DNA from: Asterionella formosa
Taxonomy: Eukaryota
DNA length: 20,000 nucleotides
Assembly (NCBI GenBank): GCA_002256025.1
Contig: NKIB01013060.1
Location: 44,787-64,786, forward strand
Reading direction: 5' to 3'
Part shown: positions 1 through 9,581 of the stretch, piece by piece
Layout: every line of letters starts with the position of its first letter
How positions within the stretch are numbered: position 1 is the first letter of the stretch
Program-made: the position numbers and the translations under genes
The notes under the pieces: generated by a model
Databases searched by the model: none
What the model was told of the DNA's origin: nothing
The model's input: the letters and a program-made list of their open reading frames with translations, nothing else

Positions 1-1994
1 AGACCTTCGGGGATTTTGTATCCCGATGATTCGTATTGGATGTCGTCCTTTTGCTTCGAAAGAGTTTCTGCGTTGTTAACGTCTAAATAACTAAAGTTCC
101 CGTCCCGTGCAGCTTTCTCTGTGGTGTCTGGAGGTATTTCTTTCTCGGTTTCGATTCCATGTTCTGGTTCAAGGGTTGATATTTCGATATCACCTGATAA
201 TTGAGAAGATTCTCGTTTGATATCTGGCTTCCTCTCGAATTCATCGATGCCACTTAGTGTGACACTGTAGAGGTCGGCATCCCCTGACATCTGGTCAATT
301 ACTTCGCTCTCGTACTCATTGTGTACCGCAACACTCTCGGTGATAGTAGAGGGGTCCCTGTCATGTGCCGCTTTGATGGTTGTTTTGATCTTCTGTTGAA
401 GCTTTTCTATAGCCTCAGGGGCTTCCTTGGCAACACTTATGATCACCTCTGATGCTTCGGCCACAAAAGCCTTGACTGCAACATTGACAGCTTTCAGGGC
501 AGTGAAATTTTCGGTGGCGACTTTCTTGTCAACAGGAGGCGAGTCACTGGAGTTATCCGCTATTTCTTGGGCAATTCGGTCACTAGAAGTTGGTGAAGCT
601 TCAGGATGAACATCCAGAATAGCAGTCACCAAACGCTTTTTGAGATCTTCGTCAATCAATGGAAATGTTTCAATATTATTTTTTGCAGATTTTGCATCGG
701 CAACCGTTGGCGCAGAATCGTCGACAGTCTTTGTGCCGATATGTATATCAGCTTTGTCGTTAACCTCGTCAATTTTTGAAGGAGTTTCCTCTATTGTCGT
801 TTGTGTTAGCGAACCATGTCTATCATGAAATTCGGTCTCTTCTTCTCCGGTATTGTCCACGTGTGCTTGCTCCGTTTCCACAGAGAATGCATCAGTGGAA
901 TTCTGGGATACATCAGGAACCTCTTGCCCTTCCTTACTTTCTACGTCGCCACCGTGTTCATCTCCATCATTCCATTGCTCACGAAATCCCTGCAACATTG
1001 TGCTTCCATGAACTTTGATTTGGCTGATGGTACAATAATGCTCCATCCCAAAATGGCTCAAAAACCGAAATTTCAAATAGCGTGCCCATGACGGCTCCAG
1101 CAAATCAAAGGCTTGTTCTCCATTCCCGGCATGAGCATCGAAGGTACCCAGATCCACCCAATCTCCCATCGTCTGACTTCCTAGTATCTGAAATGTCTGC
1201 ACATGGCTACTATACCGCTCATAGTTGGCCAATTTGACTTGTTTGACCAAAATATCTTCACTCAACCCAATAACGACAAACTTCTTGTCATTACAAGGTG
1301 CTATTGCGTACTTGTCCTTGTCTCCGTTGAGCAAATTGGATGTACCTTTCATCGATGATGACTTTTCAAGAATCAAGGCGCCGGCCGATTTACTGGCGTA
1401 ATCAACTAAAACACGTTCAATTAGACCGTCATCTGCCTCTTCTGATTCCTTGATAGTTTTTGATTCCGCTCCTTTTTGAGTATCTTGCGACTCCACTGGC
1501 CCTGTTACTTCCTGGTCCGAGGAGTCACTTGTGTCTCCTTGAGGGCGAACTTGATCAGAATCAATACCGTTCTGATTTTCAGCTGCATCTTCAATACCTC
1601 TAGTTTCATCTAATGAAACCTTTTTTCTCTCTTGGTCCGAAAACTCATTTTGTTGGTCCACCACGGCTTGCATTGGTTCGCCATTGGCTGTTTCGCTTCT
1701 ACTTGTGTTTTCTTTCTTTATCGGATTCTGTACCAATATGTTTTCCGCTAACTCGCTAGGCATTGGTTTCGCACCAGTAGTATATTCTCCAGTGATTGAT
1801 GATACATCATCAGTCGACGTGAATTCAATGGGCAGGGCGGGTAAGCTGCGCAAAGCATCGTCGTGAATAGGTTCTGCTGAATTGAAGGGAGGTGATGAAC
1901 CATCCACTTCGTAGTTGCTATCATTTGGTATATCATATTCAGCCATTAACGGCAACAAGCCAGTGAGCAAAATTAGGACTCGTCGTCCCAACAT
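1..1994 (-). CDS. SUN-domain protein, mid-SUN/SLP1/SUCO-like (3' end outside window)
   Basis: Manual translation from the ATG at 1994 is open to base 1. N-terminal signal-like segment MLGRRVLILLTGLLPLMA, then an acidic low-complexity region, then a SUN domain at ~1403-1000: DYASKSAGALILEKS...SNLLNGDKDKYAIAPC...FVVIGLSEDILVKQVKLANYERYSSHV..FQILGS..W.DLGTF...WARYLKFRFLSHFGMEHYCTISQIKVHG. Absent from the ORF track because there is no stop in the window. Confidence 0.9.
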   Translation of the reverse strand, partial: MLGRRVLILLTGLLPLMAEYDIPNDSNYEVDGSSPPFNSAEPIHDDALRSLPALPIEFTSTDDVSSITGEYTTGAKPMPSELAENILVQNPIKKENTSRSETANGEPMQAVVDQQNEFSDQERKKVSLDETRGIEDAAENQNGIDSDQVRPQGDTSDSSDQEVTGPVESQDTQKGAESKTIKESEEADDGLIERVLVDYASKSAGALILEKSSSMKGTSNLLNGDKDKYAIAPCNDKKFVVIGLSEDILVKQVKLANYERYSSHVQTFQILGSQTMGDWVDLGTFDAHAGNGEQAFDLLEPSWARYLKFRFLSHFGMEHYCTISQIKVHGSTMLQGFREQWNDGDEHGGDVESKEGQEVPDVSQNSTDAFSVETEQAHVDNTGEEETEFHDRHGSLTQTTIEETPSKIDEVNDKADIHIGTKTVDDSAPTVADAKSAKNNIETFPLIDEDLKKRLVTAILDVHPEASPTSSDRIAQEIADNSSDSPPVDKKVATENFTALKAVNVAVKAFVAEASEVIISVAKEAPEAIEKLQQKIKTTIKAAHDRDPSTITESVAVHNEYESEVIDQMSGDADLYSVTLSGIDEFERKPDIKRESSQLSGDIEISTLEPEHGIETEKEIPPDTTEKAARDGNFSYLDVNNAETLSKQKDDIQYESSGYKIPEG

Positions 1995-3045
1995 GGCGAT
2001 TAGAGAAATGTGGGGGTCACGTTTCCGAATAAAGCTCTCCCTTTCCTTCCAAAACACTCAACGATTGGAATTACTGTGTGGGGGTATTCCTTTTTGTCTG
2101 GTGAGTTGAACACTCTTTGCGTAAATGGATAATTCGACGCCGACCGCTGCAGGGAACTGATTCGCCACAACAATACCACAAGGGCTGGGAGTGGAAACGA
2201 AGAAAGAAAGAATTATAAATGAGAGGCGTGTTAAACCTTCCTTTCTTTATTTTCTTACCTACGCACCGGTAGCGAGTGTATAATAAGGCCGACAATTATT
2301 ACCTGGCATGATTAGTATACATGTATCAGTAGTAGAGCTATATAGTACACGTACGTTGTGTAATGCTACCGGTATTATATATTACACTGCACTATTTTCA
2401 TGACAGCAAGAGCAGAAAAGAAGAAAGCAAACATCATTCCGAAATACGTTAATGGTTACAACGCTGCCAGCACCGGTCGTATGTACCGTACACTTGTTAT
2501 GTACAGTATTTCGTACCATAAATTTACGACCGGTTCGTAAATCTACGTAAAGATGATGTTGCTGGTGTCACCTGTCATGCATTTCACACCATACATAAAT
2601 CCCTCGTCAGAAGAAACAAGTGGTGGCATCAGTTCAATTCGTGCAAGGGCCAGACGTTGGTGACGTCAATTTAGACATCATTCTTCCGCAATCATCGCTC
2701 ATTAGAAAAGGATTACCGGTACAAGGTAGTAATTGAAGTCAAGAGTATCTATCAGCCAGCCATGATGAGGCATTACCAGACGAACAGCCAGTGCTGATAA
2801 TGACTGAACAAATTGTATGACGCATGGTAACAAACCGGTAAGCGAGGGCGGAGGATTGCACATTATGTGGCACGACTGGTACGAGCTCGGATTAATACCA
2901 TCGTGGGCCGGTATATGGTACTCCAGGTACTTCGAGATCCCGGTACCAGGTACTCCGTTATGCATCTACGGTACCGGTATGTTTTGACCATCATCGTACA
3001 TCGTACATGGTAGGAGTATTGGTTATTAGCTACTCTGGGTCTACT

Positions 3046-3093
3046 GTACCAGGGTACCTGCAACAGGGACCAGGGGTACCAGGGTACCTGCAA
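3046..3093. repeat. 18-bp exact direct repeat GTACCAGGGTACCTGCAA x2 (30-bp period)
   Basis: Copies at 3046-3063 and 3076-3093. Confidence 0.9.
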
Positions 3094-3147
3094 GTTGCGG
3101 TAAGTAGGCTGGAACTAAAGAATTAGCTATCCTTATCCTAGATTAAA
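3090..3147. mobile_element. Truncated copy of the ~91-bp GCAAGTTGCG hairpin/MITE-like element
   Basis: gcaagttgcggtaagtaggctggaactaaagaattagctatccttatcctagattaaa aligns with the first ~57 nt of the copy at 11611. The right arm is missing. Confidence 0.75.
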
Positions 3148-3561
3148 ATATGCTCACCGGTAAATGGTATTACATACCATTGTATTCAAACATGCCATCA
3201 AACTCATGGGTATACCAGTAGTCGATAATCAAAGATGTGTAGACTACTTTCTTTCCTGTTGATTACCCGGGACTCCGTCGCGTTCCTACGCCCCACTTGG
3301 AAACTAAGATCCAACTGTTCCATAATAATAGCAGCCATGTGAGCAGTGAAGGTTAGCAGGACACATCCACGTTTGTGGGTACATTTCCCACTTTGCACCG
3401 GCCGCATCCACAACGCTCCCATGGTTCCGAACACAAGCATCTATATACTCCAACTCCCTGTCACTCTCTCTTTCTCCCCTTCTCTGTATGCTCCTCTTAC
3501 TTTTCCCACCTTGGTCTCCAACAAACCGTGTCAAAACGTAACGTACAAAACTCCCCAAACC

Positions 3562-4860
3562 ATGTCAAGTCATAGGAACACCTTTGGCCATGTTGTGTCC
3601 TCGGCGTCGACGTCCTCGCCGACTAGTGTCATTCCTCGGATGCAAGAGTTTGAGCTGAAAAAACTTGCTCTGCTTCGTAAGCGTGTCAGTTTGCAACAGC
3701 GCCTCCACGAATTTGTGTATCAAGAGAAGTGCATCCAAGAAAAAAGTGTTGTGGTTCCTGTCGATGAAAGTCTTGTCAAATGTGCCAGCATGCCGTGGCG
3801 TGATATCACTGGACGCTTGGGAACATTTAGTGGGCCGTGCAATGATCGAAATCAACCTCATGGCGTTGTTGGTATTTTAGAGTATGGAACTGAAAGTTTC
3901 TATCAAGGTGGATGGGCCCTGGGCAGGAAGCATGGACCAGGAAAGGAAGTTTGGTCCACTGGGACGATGTTTGAAGGAAATTTTAAAAAAGATCAACGAA
4001 GTGGGAGAGGTAAATTTTCTTGGCCAGATGGCATGATCTACGAAGGGGAATGGCTGCAAAACCATCGAAATGGTCATGGAAGTTGTGTATGGCCAGACGG
4101 CCGAAAGTATCACGGAGAATGGCGTCGAGGGCAAATTGATGGCAAGGGCATTTTCTGCTGGCCCAACGGGAGTGTCTACGATGGATATTGCAAACAAGGG
4201 AAGAAGCATGGTCGTGGAATTCAAACATGGAAGTCTGGCAAATCCTACACTGGGGATTTTGCAGGTGGCTTGCTGCATGGTGACGGATCTTTAATTTATC
4301 CTGACGGGAAACGATATCGTGGTCAGTTTCAGAACGACAAATTTCATGGTTTTGGCATTAAGATCTGGCCGAATGGATCAACGTACGAGGGTGACTGGAA
4401 AAAGGGCCGATGCCATGGTCAAGGTGCCTTTACGTGGCCGAACGGCAGTCGCTACAGTGGCAGCTGGAAGGCTGGACTCTTTTGTGGCCAAGGTGTCTTT
4501 ACATGGGGATGTGCCAAAATGTACTCTGGAGAGTGGTACAAGGGAAAGAAACATGGCAAGGGAATACTGACTTGGCCGAATGGAAAGAAATATGACGGGG
4601 AATACCAAGCAGGTGAGCGTAGCGGGAATGGAAGTTGTGTTTGGCCTGATGGGAGCAAATATGTAGGAGACTGGAAGCACAATAAACGTCATGGCAGTGG
4701 GACTTTAACGAACAATAAAGGCATGATTGTTCATGGCGGCATGTTTCGAAGCAATGTTCCATTGGATTCAAAAGAACATCAGTGGCCTTCTGGCCAAAGA
4801 TACGAGATCAAGCTGGACAGTATATTTGCAGATTCGAACGATTTTGGAATGTGTACCTAG
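3562..4860 (+). CDS. MORN-repeat protein (12 full 23-aa repeats plus degenerate flanking ones, no kinase domain)
   Basis: Repeats of YxGxWxxGxxHGxGxxxWPxG run from SFYQGGW.. to SKYVGDW... The start is placed at the ATG at 3562 (MSSHRNTF). The track's upstream GTG extension crosses a CT-rich UTR-like tract. Confidence 0.88.
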   Translation: MSSHRNTFGHVVSSASTSSPTSVIPRMQEFELKKLALLRKRVSLQQRLHEFVYQEKCIQEKSVVVPVDESLVKCASMPWRDITGRLGTFSGPCNDRNQPHGVVGILEYGTESFYQGGWALGRKHGPGKEVWSTGTMFEGNFKKDQRSGRGKFSWPDGMIYEGEWLQNHRNGHGSCVWPDGRKYHGEWRRGQIDGKGIFCWPNGSVYDGYCKQGKKHGRGIQTWKSGKSYTGDFAGGLLHGDGSLIYPDGKRYRGQFQNDKFHGFGIKIWPNGSTYEGDWKKGRCHGQGAFTWPNGSRYSGSWKAGLFCGQGVFTWGCAKMYSGEWYKGKKHGKGILTWPNGKKYDGEYQAGERSGNGSCVWPDGSKYVGDWKHNKRHGSGTLTNNKGMIVHGGMFRSNVPLDSKEHQWPSGQRYEIKLDSIFADSNDFGMCT

Positions 4861-4960
4861 AAAGATTTTATTTCTTGAATAAAATATCATCTGGTTTCTT
4901 GAATTGACATTTTCAAAATGACTCTCAAGTTTTTGTTTACTGATATAGTTGGTAACCACA

Positions 4961-5060
4961 TATAACTAGAAACCTGCTGACAATGACTAGACTTTGCTGA
5001 CAACAACTAGAAAATGCTGACAATGACTAGAATTTGCTGACTACTATTAGAAATTACTGA
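4961..5060. repeat. 20-bp tandem minisatellite, ~5 units, consensus CAAYRACTAGAAWWTGCTGA
   Basis: Units: tataactagaaacctgctga / caatgactagactttgctga / caacaactagaaaatgctga / caatgactagaatttgctga / ctactattagaaattactga. Confidence 0.92.
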
Positions 5061-5139
5061 TTGTAAACCATACAAACAAACCCTTCCAGTTGCTGAACAC
5101 CATTACCAGCAGTAGTAGCTGAACATGATTTCGATGATC

Positions 5140-5735
5140 AGAACATGACTTGGATTTAATGAATGGTAATCTAACATTGGAGAAAGTTACTTGAGAGAGT
5201 TTGGAATAGAAAGCCAGCCTATCTCATTGCATCTGGTAGGCATGGGATGAGTCATTGGGAGTGAGTCGAAACTGAATGCCGGCAAGTGTGCATAAAATGT
5301 GCACTGCTGTTTCTTCCAGGAAATTAGTGGGTTCGAGTTATGAAGTAGGAGTACCAATGTACAACAAATGCCATCTTCAGGTACAACATGCTGCAAGACA
5401 TTGCATTGGTGGAAATCCCATCCATGTATTTGCAAGTTTTTATCCTTGGATACATAAAAGTGTGACAAGTATGAGTACCAGGTAGCGTAGCTCCATGGAT
5501 ATACTGGTATAAGTAATGTGGACGTGACTTGCTTGCGTTTTACTGATTGGACCTAGATCATACAGATTCCAATTAGGAATATTTTCCGGGGTAACCAGCC
5601 AATCATGTCAAACTACCGACAAACATGTGCTCAGAGCACCTGAATTTGAACTTGGTGGTGACATGGGAAGGGCTTACAGCTCAATGATGATGGTTCTATC
5701 TTTCATAATTGTGCATGGAAAGAAGATGAGCCAGC
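5140..5735 (+). pseudogene. Heavily decayed MORN-repeat gene remnant
   Basis: Frameshifted, stop-interrupted MORN-like fragments in order: MTW..NGN..IGE, GRHGMSHWE*, GSSYE(G)..NKCH, IHVFASFYP, EYQVA*LHGY.GI, EFELG.*HGKGLQLNDDGSIFHNCAWKEDEP. The last fragment resembles the terminal repeat KRHGSGTLTNNKGMIVHGGMFRSNVP of the adjacent gene. Confidence 0.55.
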
Positions 5736-6055
5736 CAATTTGCACTTGTTGTTAGTGAGATAATGAATGTTGCAAGCGGACTTGGAAAAAAGAACGACGG
5801 TATTCAGATTGTGTGTGTATATGTACATACATTGTAGTGTTGTGGAAGGAAATAATACTTTTTATACTTCATACTTGACCACCTATGAATTATCAAGTTT
5901 CATATGCTACAAAAAGCATGAAATTGTAAGTTCTGGGTCGCTAATTATTGCTCCTGTAAGGCGAATATCGCATTGTAGTAGTATGTTATGTTGCGGACTC
6001 TATCGTTTTGATAGCAGAGGTTGATTTACAGCACATAGTTTGTTGTTGATTTTGT

Positions 6056-6742
6056 TCACAAATCCGGAATTTGGATTACTGGTGCATTTAGGAGTTCTGG
6101 GAACTTTGTTACGATGGTTGCTAGTACCACAATAAAGACGGAAAAAATTCCAATCCAATTTTGTTTGTAAGGAGCAAAAACTTCGGTCCATAGTTTTTCC
6201 TTCGGCATTTCACCTTCAAGTGCCTGGCAAGCAACGGAGTTGGCCATGCATCTATTAGTGAGAAGTGTCAACATCGGCTCAACATGAAAGAATTTGCTTC
6301 ATAAATAGTCTCACCTTTCGATTCTCTACAGCTTGCTTCCGCTGCTGCGCTGCCACCAGGTCTTGCTCATCTATCCAATAATCCTCGCCATACTCTTTGG
6401 ACTTGGACGCAACGATTGGACGACTCTCTGCTGTTTCCCATGGAAAATCGTCTTGCTGTTCACCCCTTTGATCACGTCCAGAGCGTCTCTAAAATGATCA
6501 CATAATGTGAGATAATTTCATGGGCGAGAGTCGGAAATCTCGCACCAGATATGCGACAAGCCCAGATTTTTGCTCACCTTTTTCAGATTTCTTCGAGGCT
6601 GGCGCGGCGTCGAGAATACCACCGTTTTGCCTACTGACAGTGACATTGGAAGATTAGAAATCACAAACCCATATACTAGGGATGAGCTCATCAACATGAC
6701 CAGCGCCAAAACGAGAATAGATGACGGCGTTCTCATCATCAT
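6056..6742 (-). CDS. Plastid-targeted uncharacterised membrane protein, 3 exons (6742-6578, 6488-6315, 6223-6056; 168 aa)
   Basis: Two phase-0 GT-AG introns give an open frame: MMMRTPSSILVLALVMLMSSSLVYG-FVISNLP..PRRNLKK|RRSGRDQ..DFPWETAESRP..GEDYWIDEQDL..ENRK|ALEGEMPKEKLWTEVFAPYKQNWIGIFSVFIVVLATIVTKFPELL..PDL*. Signal peptide followed by F (ASAFAP-like), and one C-terminal hydrophobic helix. Confidence 0.8.
6224..6314 (-). other. Spliceosomal intron 2 (91 nt)
   Basis: AAG|GTGAGA ... ctcactaat ... TTGCCAG|GCA. Removal keeps the frame. Confidence 0.8.
6489..6577 (-). other. Spliceosomal intron 1 (89 nt)
   Basis: AAG|GTGAGC ... ctcac ... TTTTAG|AGA. Removal keeps the frame. Confidence 0.8.
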
Positions 6743-7184
6743 AGTCAGCAAAATTGTGAAAAAATATAACGGTACTACTCCAGAAAAGGCAAGGAATGAT
6801 GTGAAAACAAAACATGACGCGTTTATCCGGGTGCTAAAACCAGTCAACCAGTACGGGAATTCTTCGTTGCCCCGGTCAAACATAACTACCGGTATCTTAA
6901 CTGTACATACCACGTCGAGTTTTGCCTCTCATCAAGTTGTATTCACCACACTTCCGACAACGACGTCTATATAGTGCATAACAACATGCAACCTAGACTT
7001 TACAGAACAAAAGTATTTGTTGAAGCTTTATAATTTTGCAGTTCACTGGACTATCGCGGAAGTGGTCGTAGCTCTTATTCGGATACTAGGTCTTGTCTCC
7101 CCATCAGAGAAGTGGCAAGGTCCAAGTTAAAGTGGCTTGAAGCAAATTTTGCATTGGAATACCTATGACTTAATCAAAGAACAT

Positions 7185-8912
7185 CTAGGCGTCTTTCATT
7201 TCAACAGCCTCGTCATCAGAATCGACCAACTTCAAAGTGAACGCGTCTCCCTTACCACTAGCATGAGCAAGAACTTGATCCCAAAAGTGCCCAACTCCCT
7301 TGCTCTTAAGTGCGTTTCGACATTGAGCGGAGGTCTCGCATGACTGAAAGAGAAATCCAGAGAACAGTCGCTTCTTCGCCATGCCCGTCCAGACCAACTC
7401 ACACTTGTTGTCAGGTCTGAATTTGGCGTCTTCTCCTCCTTCGAGGGCTTCATATTCCTCATCCTCGTCTAATCCTTGCCACTTCATTCGTACCGTCATG
7501 AGTCTTATATATCGATTGATCGCCTTGGGGCCGCCTTCGGCGATAACACAAGCCACACTATGAGGATACTCACATTCCAAGACGCCACCCGTAATATGGT
7601 TTTGCTGTGCATTCAAATCCAACTTTGCCCGATGATACGGATGAGACATATCCTTGACGTAAAAGATGGCTACCGAGACGGTCTGGGATGTATCCTCCAG
7701 TAGCTTTCGAGCCCTTTTTTCGGAACGTTGCTCTTTCGTCAGCTTTGTTTCTTCGTTTTTCTTCATATGAGCTCGTTGTCTCGCTTGCATTTGCTCTTGA
7801 ACTTTCTTCTCCATTTGGGAAGGATCCATAAAGGCCTGGTCGCCCAGTACTCGGATAAAATTTTTGAGTGTGAGGCGAGGTTCTGGAGGTGCCACGAGGC
7901 CTGCAGCCTGCAGGTCCTGCAATTCTCGTTGCTTCTCTGAACGGCGAAGCTTTCGCTTGCGCTTTAGTTCTCGTTTAGTGAGGTACAAAGTTGGTTCTTT
8001 GAGTGCCTCTTCCGAACCTGTCTTTATAGGAACAATGTGCTGCACCAAGGCTGCTGTCTTGCTACACGACAGGGTAGCTTGATCGAAGCATTGAGATTCG
8101 AGTTCCTTTGTATCAATATATTCTTCGTATTCCTCGTTGGATTCACCGAGTCTCTGCAATTGTGATTTTGACTGCTGCAACTGAAACTTGTTTTCATTCT
8201 CCGCAAGTTGTTTTCTTAGTTTGGAAGGGAGCAATTCGAGGTCCCACCATTCCATCACTAACGGCATCTTCTTATTGTCACAGTCGCCTCGCACACCAAG
8301 CGCGCCTTCTTTTTCAATAATAGCATCACCTGCAGATCCGTAAACTTCAGCTAACCCATACGATTGGACAAATTCTCCCTTTTTACGTCCACTAACAAAT
8401 CCAGATTGTAACGCGTTCGCTGCTTTCTCGCGCTTTCGCTCTGCAATCTCTACAAAGGTCCCAGGTTCAATCCACTTGATTTCCTTGTGATGCTTCCTAA
8501 TCTTCGCCGTTTGGATGCGATCGTCGAGTGGTTCTTCCTCCTCATCCTTTGCATGAGCGAGATATGGGTTTATCTTCGGTACGACCGGCACTGGCTTGAC
8601 CGTCTGGAAGGTCGGAGCTGTCATTGTAAGATCCAAATCATAAACTTTGGCCTTTTTTGAATCTGGCGCAAGTATTGGTTCTTCGTCTGCTGGTCGCTTT
8701 GGTGCTGCAGGTACAACATTGTGTTTGCTCTTGAGCGCTGCTAATCGAGCCTTGACGCTTGCCTGAAGTGCCAGCGCCTTGGCTTTCTTTTCGTCTAAAC
8801 CATTGCTGGTTGCTGTAGCTGGAGGGACTAGCTCATTCTCTTGCAATTTTTCTTCAGGAGGTCCCCATCGACGCTTTCGCTTCTCTTGTCGTTGCGGTTC
8901 AATATCCGCCAT
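7185..8912 (-). CDS. PRP3: U4/U6 snRNP splicing factor Prp3 (intronless)
   Basis: Prp3 motifs: INPYL, MEWWD, LVQHIVP, LYLTKRELKRKRKLRR, PPEPRLTLKNFIRVLG..DPSQME, HRAKLDLNAQQNHITG, EGGPKAINRYIRLM..RMKW, NKCELVWTG. First ATG is at 8912 (MADIEP). Confidence 0.93.
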   Translation of the reverse strand: MADIEPQRQEKRKRRWGPPEEKLQENELVPPATATSNGLDEKKAKALALQASVKARLAALKSKHNVVPAAPKRPADEEPILAPDSKKAKVYDLDLTMTAPTFQTVKPVPVVPKINPYLAHAKDEEEEPLDDRIQTAKIRKHHKEIKWIEPGTFVEIAERKREKAANALQSGFVSGRKKGEFVQSYGLAEVYGSAGDAIIEKEGALGVRGDCDNKKMPLVMEWWDLELLPSKLRKQLAENENKFQLQQSKSQLQRLGESNEEYEEYIDTKELESQCFDQATLSCSKTAALVQHIVPIKTGSEEALKEPTLYLTKRELKRKRKLRRSEKQRELQDLQAAGLVAPPEPRLTLKNFIRVLGDQAFMDPSQMEKKVQEQMQARQRAHMKKNEETKLTKEQRSEKRARKLLEDTSQTVSVAIFYVKDMSHPYHRAKLDLNAQQNHITGGVLECEYPHSVACVIAEGGPKAINRYIRLMTVRMKWQGLDEDEEYEALEGGEDAKFRPDNKCELVWTGMAKKRLFSGFLFQSCETSAQCRNALKSKGVGHFWDQVLAHASGKGDAFTLKLVDSDDEAVEMKDA

Positions 8913-9581
8913 GGTGCTGGGTCTACAACAAAATATTAACAATAACTATTAATCGGGATGGGAATTGTGGGAGCTATACTATTATATAGCTCGTACATAC
9001 CCCAAACGTCTGATATTCGTCCCCCTGCTTGCTTCTCAGTATCATTACCCTGGTACAGGTACCAGGTACAAGGTACCAGCTATGCATGTACCACCAGTTA
9101 TTAGACCTATACCAAATTCCGGCTCAACTCGGGATCTCAATATAGCCAAGGGTTTTCACAAGTATGAATCTGCAGATTTCTATCTATAAGGAGTTGTCTA
9201 CCTTGTAGTAGTCTTCCAGGACTCAAATTGAGTGTTTTGGTCGCTTCCTAAACTATAGTTATTCATTTTGGTAAGATATGCTCCAATAGTAGTTCCCAAG
9301 AGCCTCCAATTTTAGGACAGTCGGAACTCAATGCACATAATATGGGATTCTGGTAATTGTTGTTTTTCTTGCAAGTCAAAGACGGTATGTTTATGCTCAC
9401 CAGGCGCTAACATGAATAGAATGAATGAGTCAATGACGGAAATTGCATTCATTCAATCGCACATGTCACTTTGCATGGACGATGATCAAATGAAACAACA
9501 TGCTTTACTATATAATTCAAAACTATTTGTCATACCATTAGCCCAAAGGTCCATCCTTATACCAGAGAATGGAATTCTGGA

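Noticed and set aside
427..1866. Plus-strand short ORFs
   Set aside because: They are antisense shadows of the SUN-domain gene. The same applies to the small ORFs overlapping MORN, PRP3, IF3 (including the poly-His ORF at 13204-13440), pyrC and fibrillin.
3346..3561. N-terminal extension of the MORN ORF given by the ORF track
   Set aside because: It begins at GTG and crosses a CT-rich UTR-like tract. The ATG at 3562 is more plausible, although the in-frame ATG at 3421 cannot be excluded.
4961..5060. CRISPR-like array
   Set aside because: The units are contiguous 20-mers with only 2-4 variable bases, there are no unique spacers or cas genes, and the context is eukaryotic.
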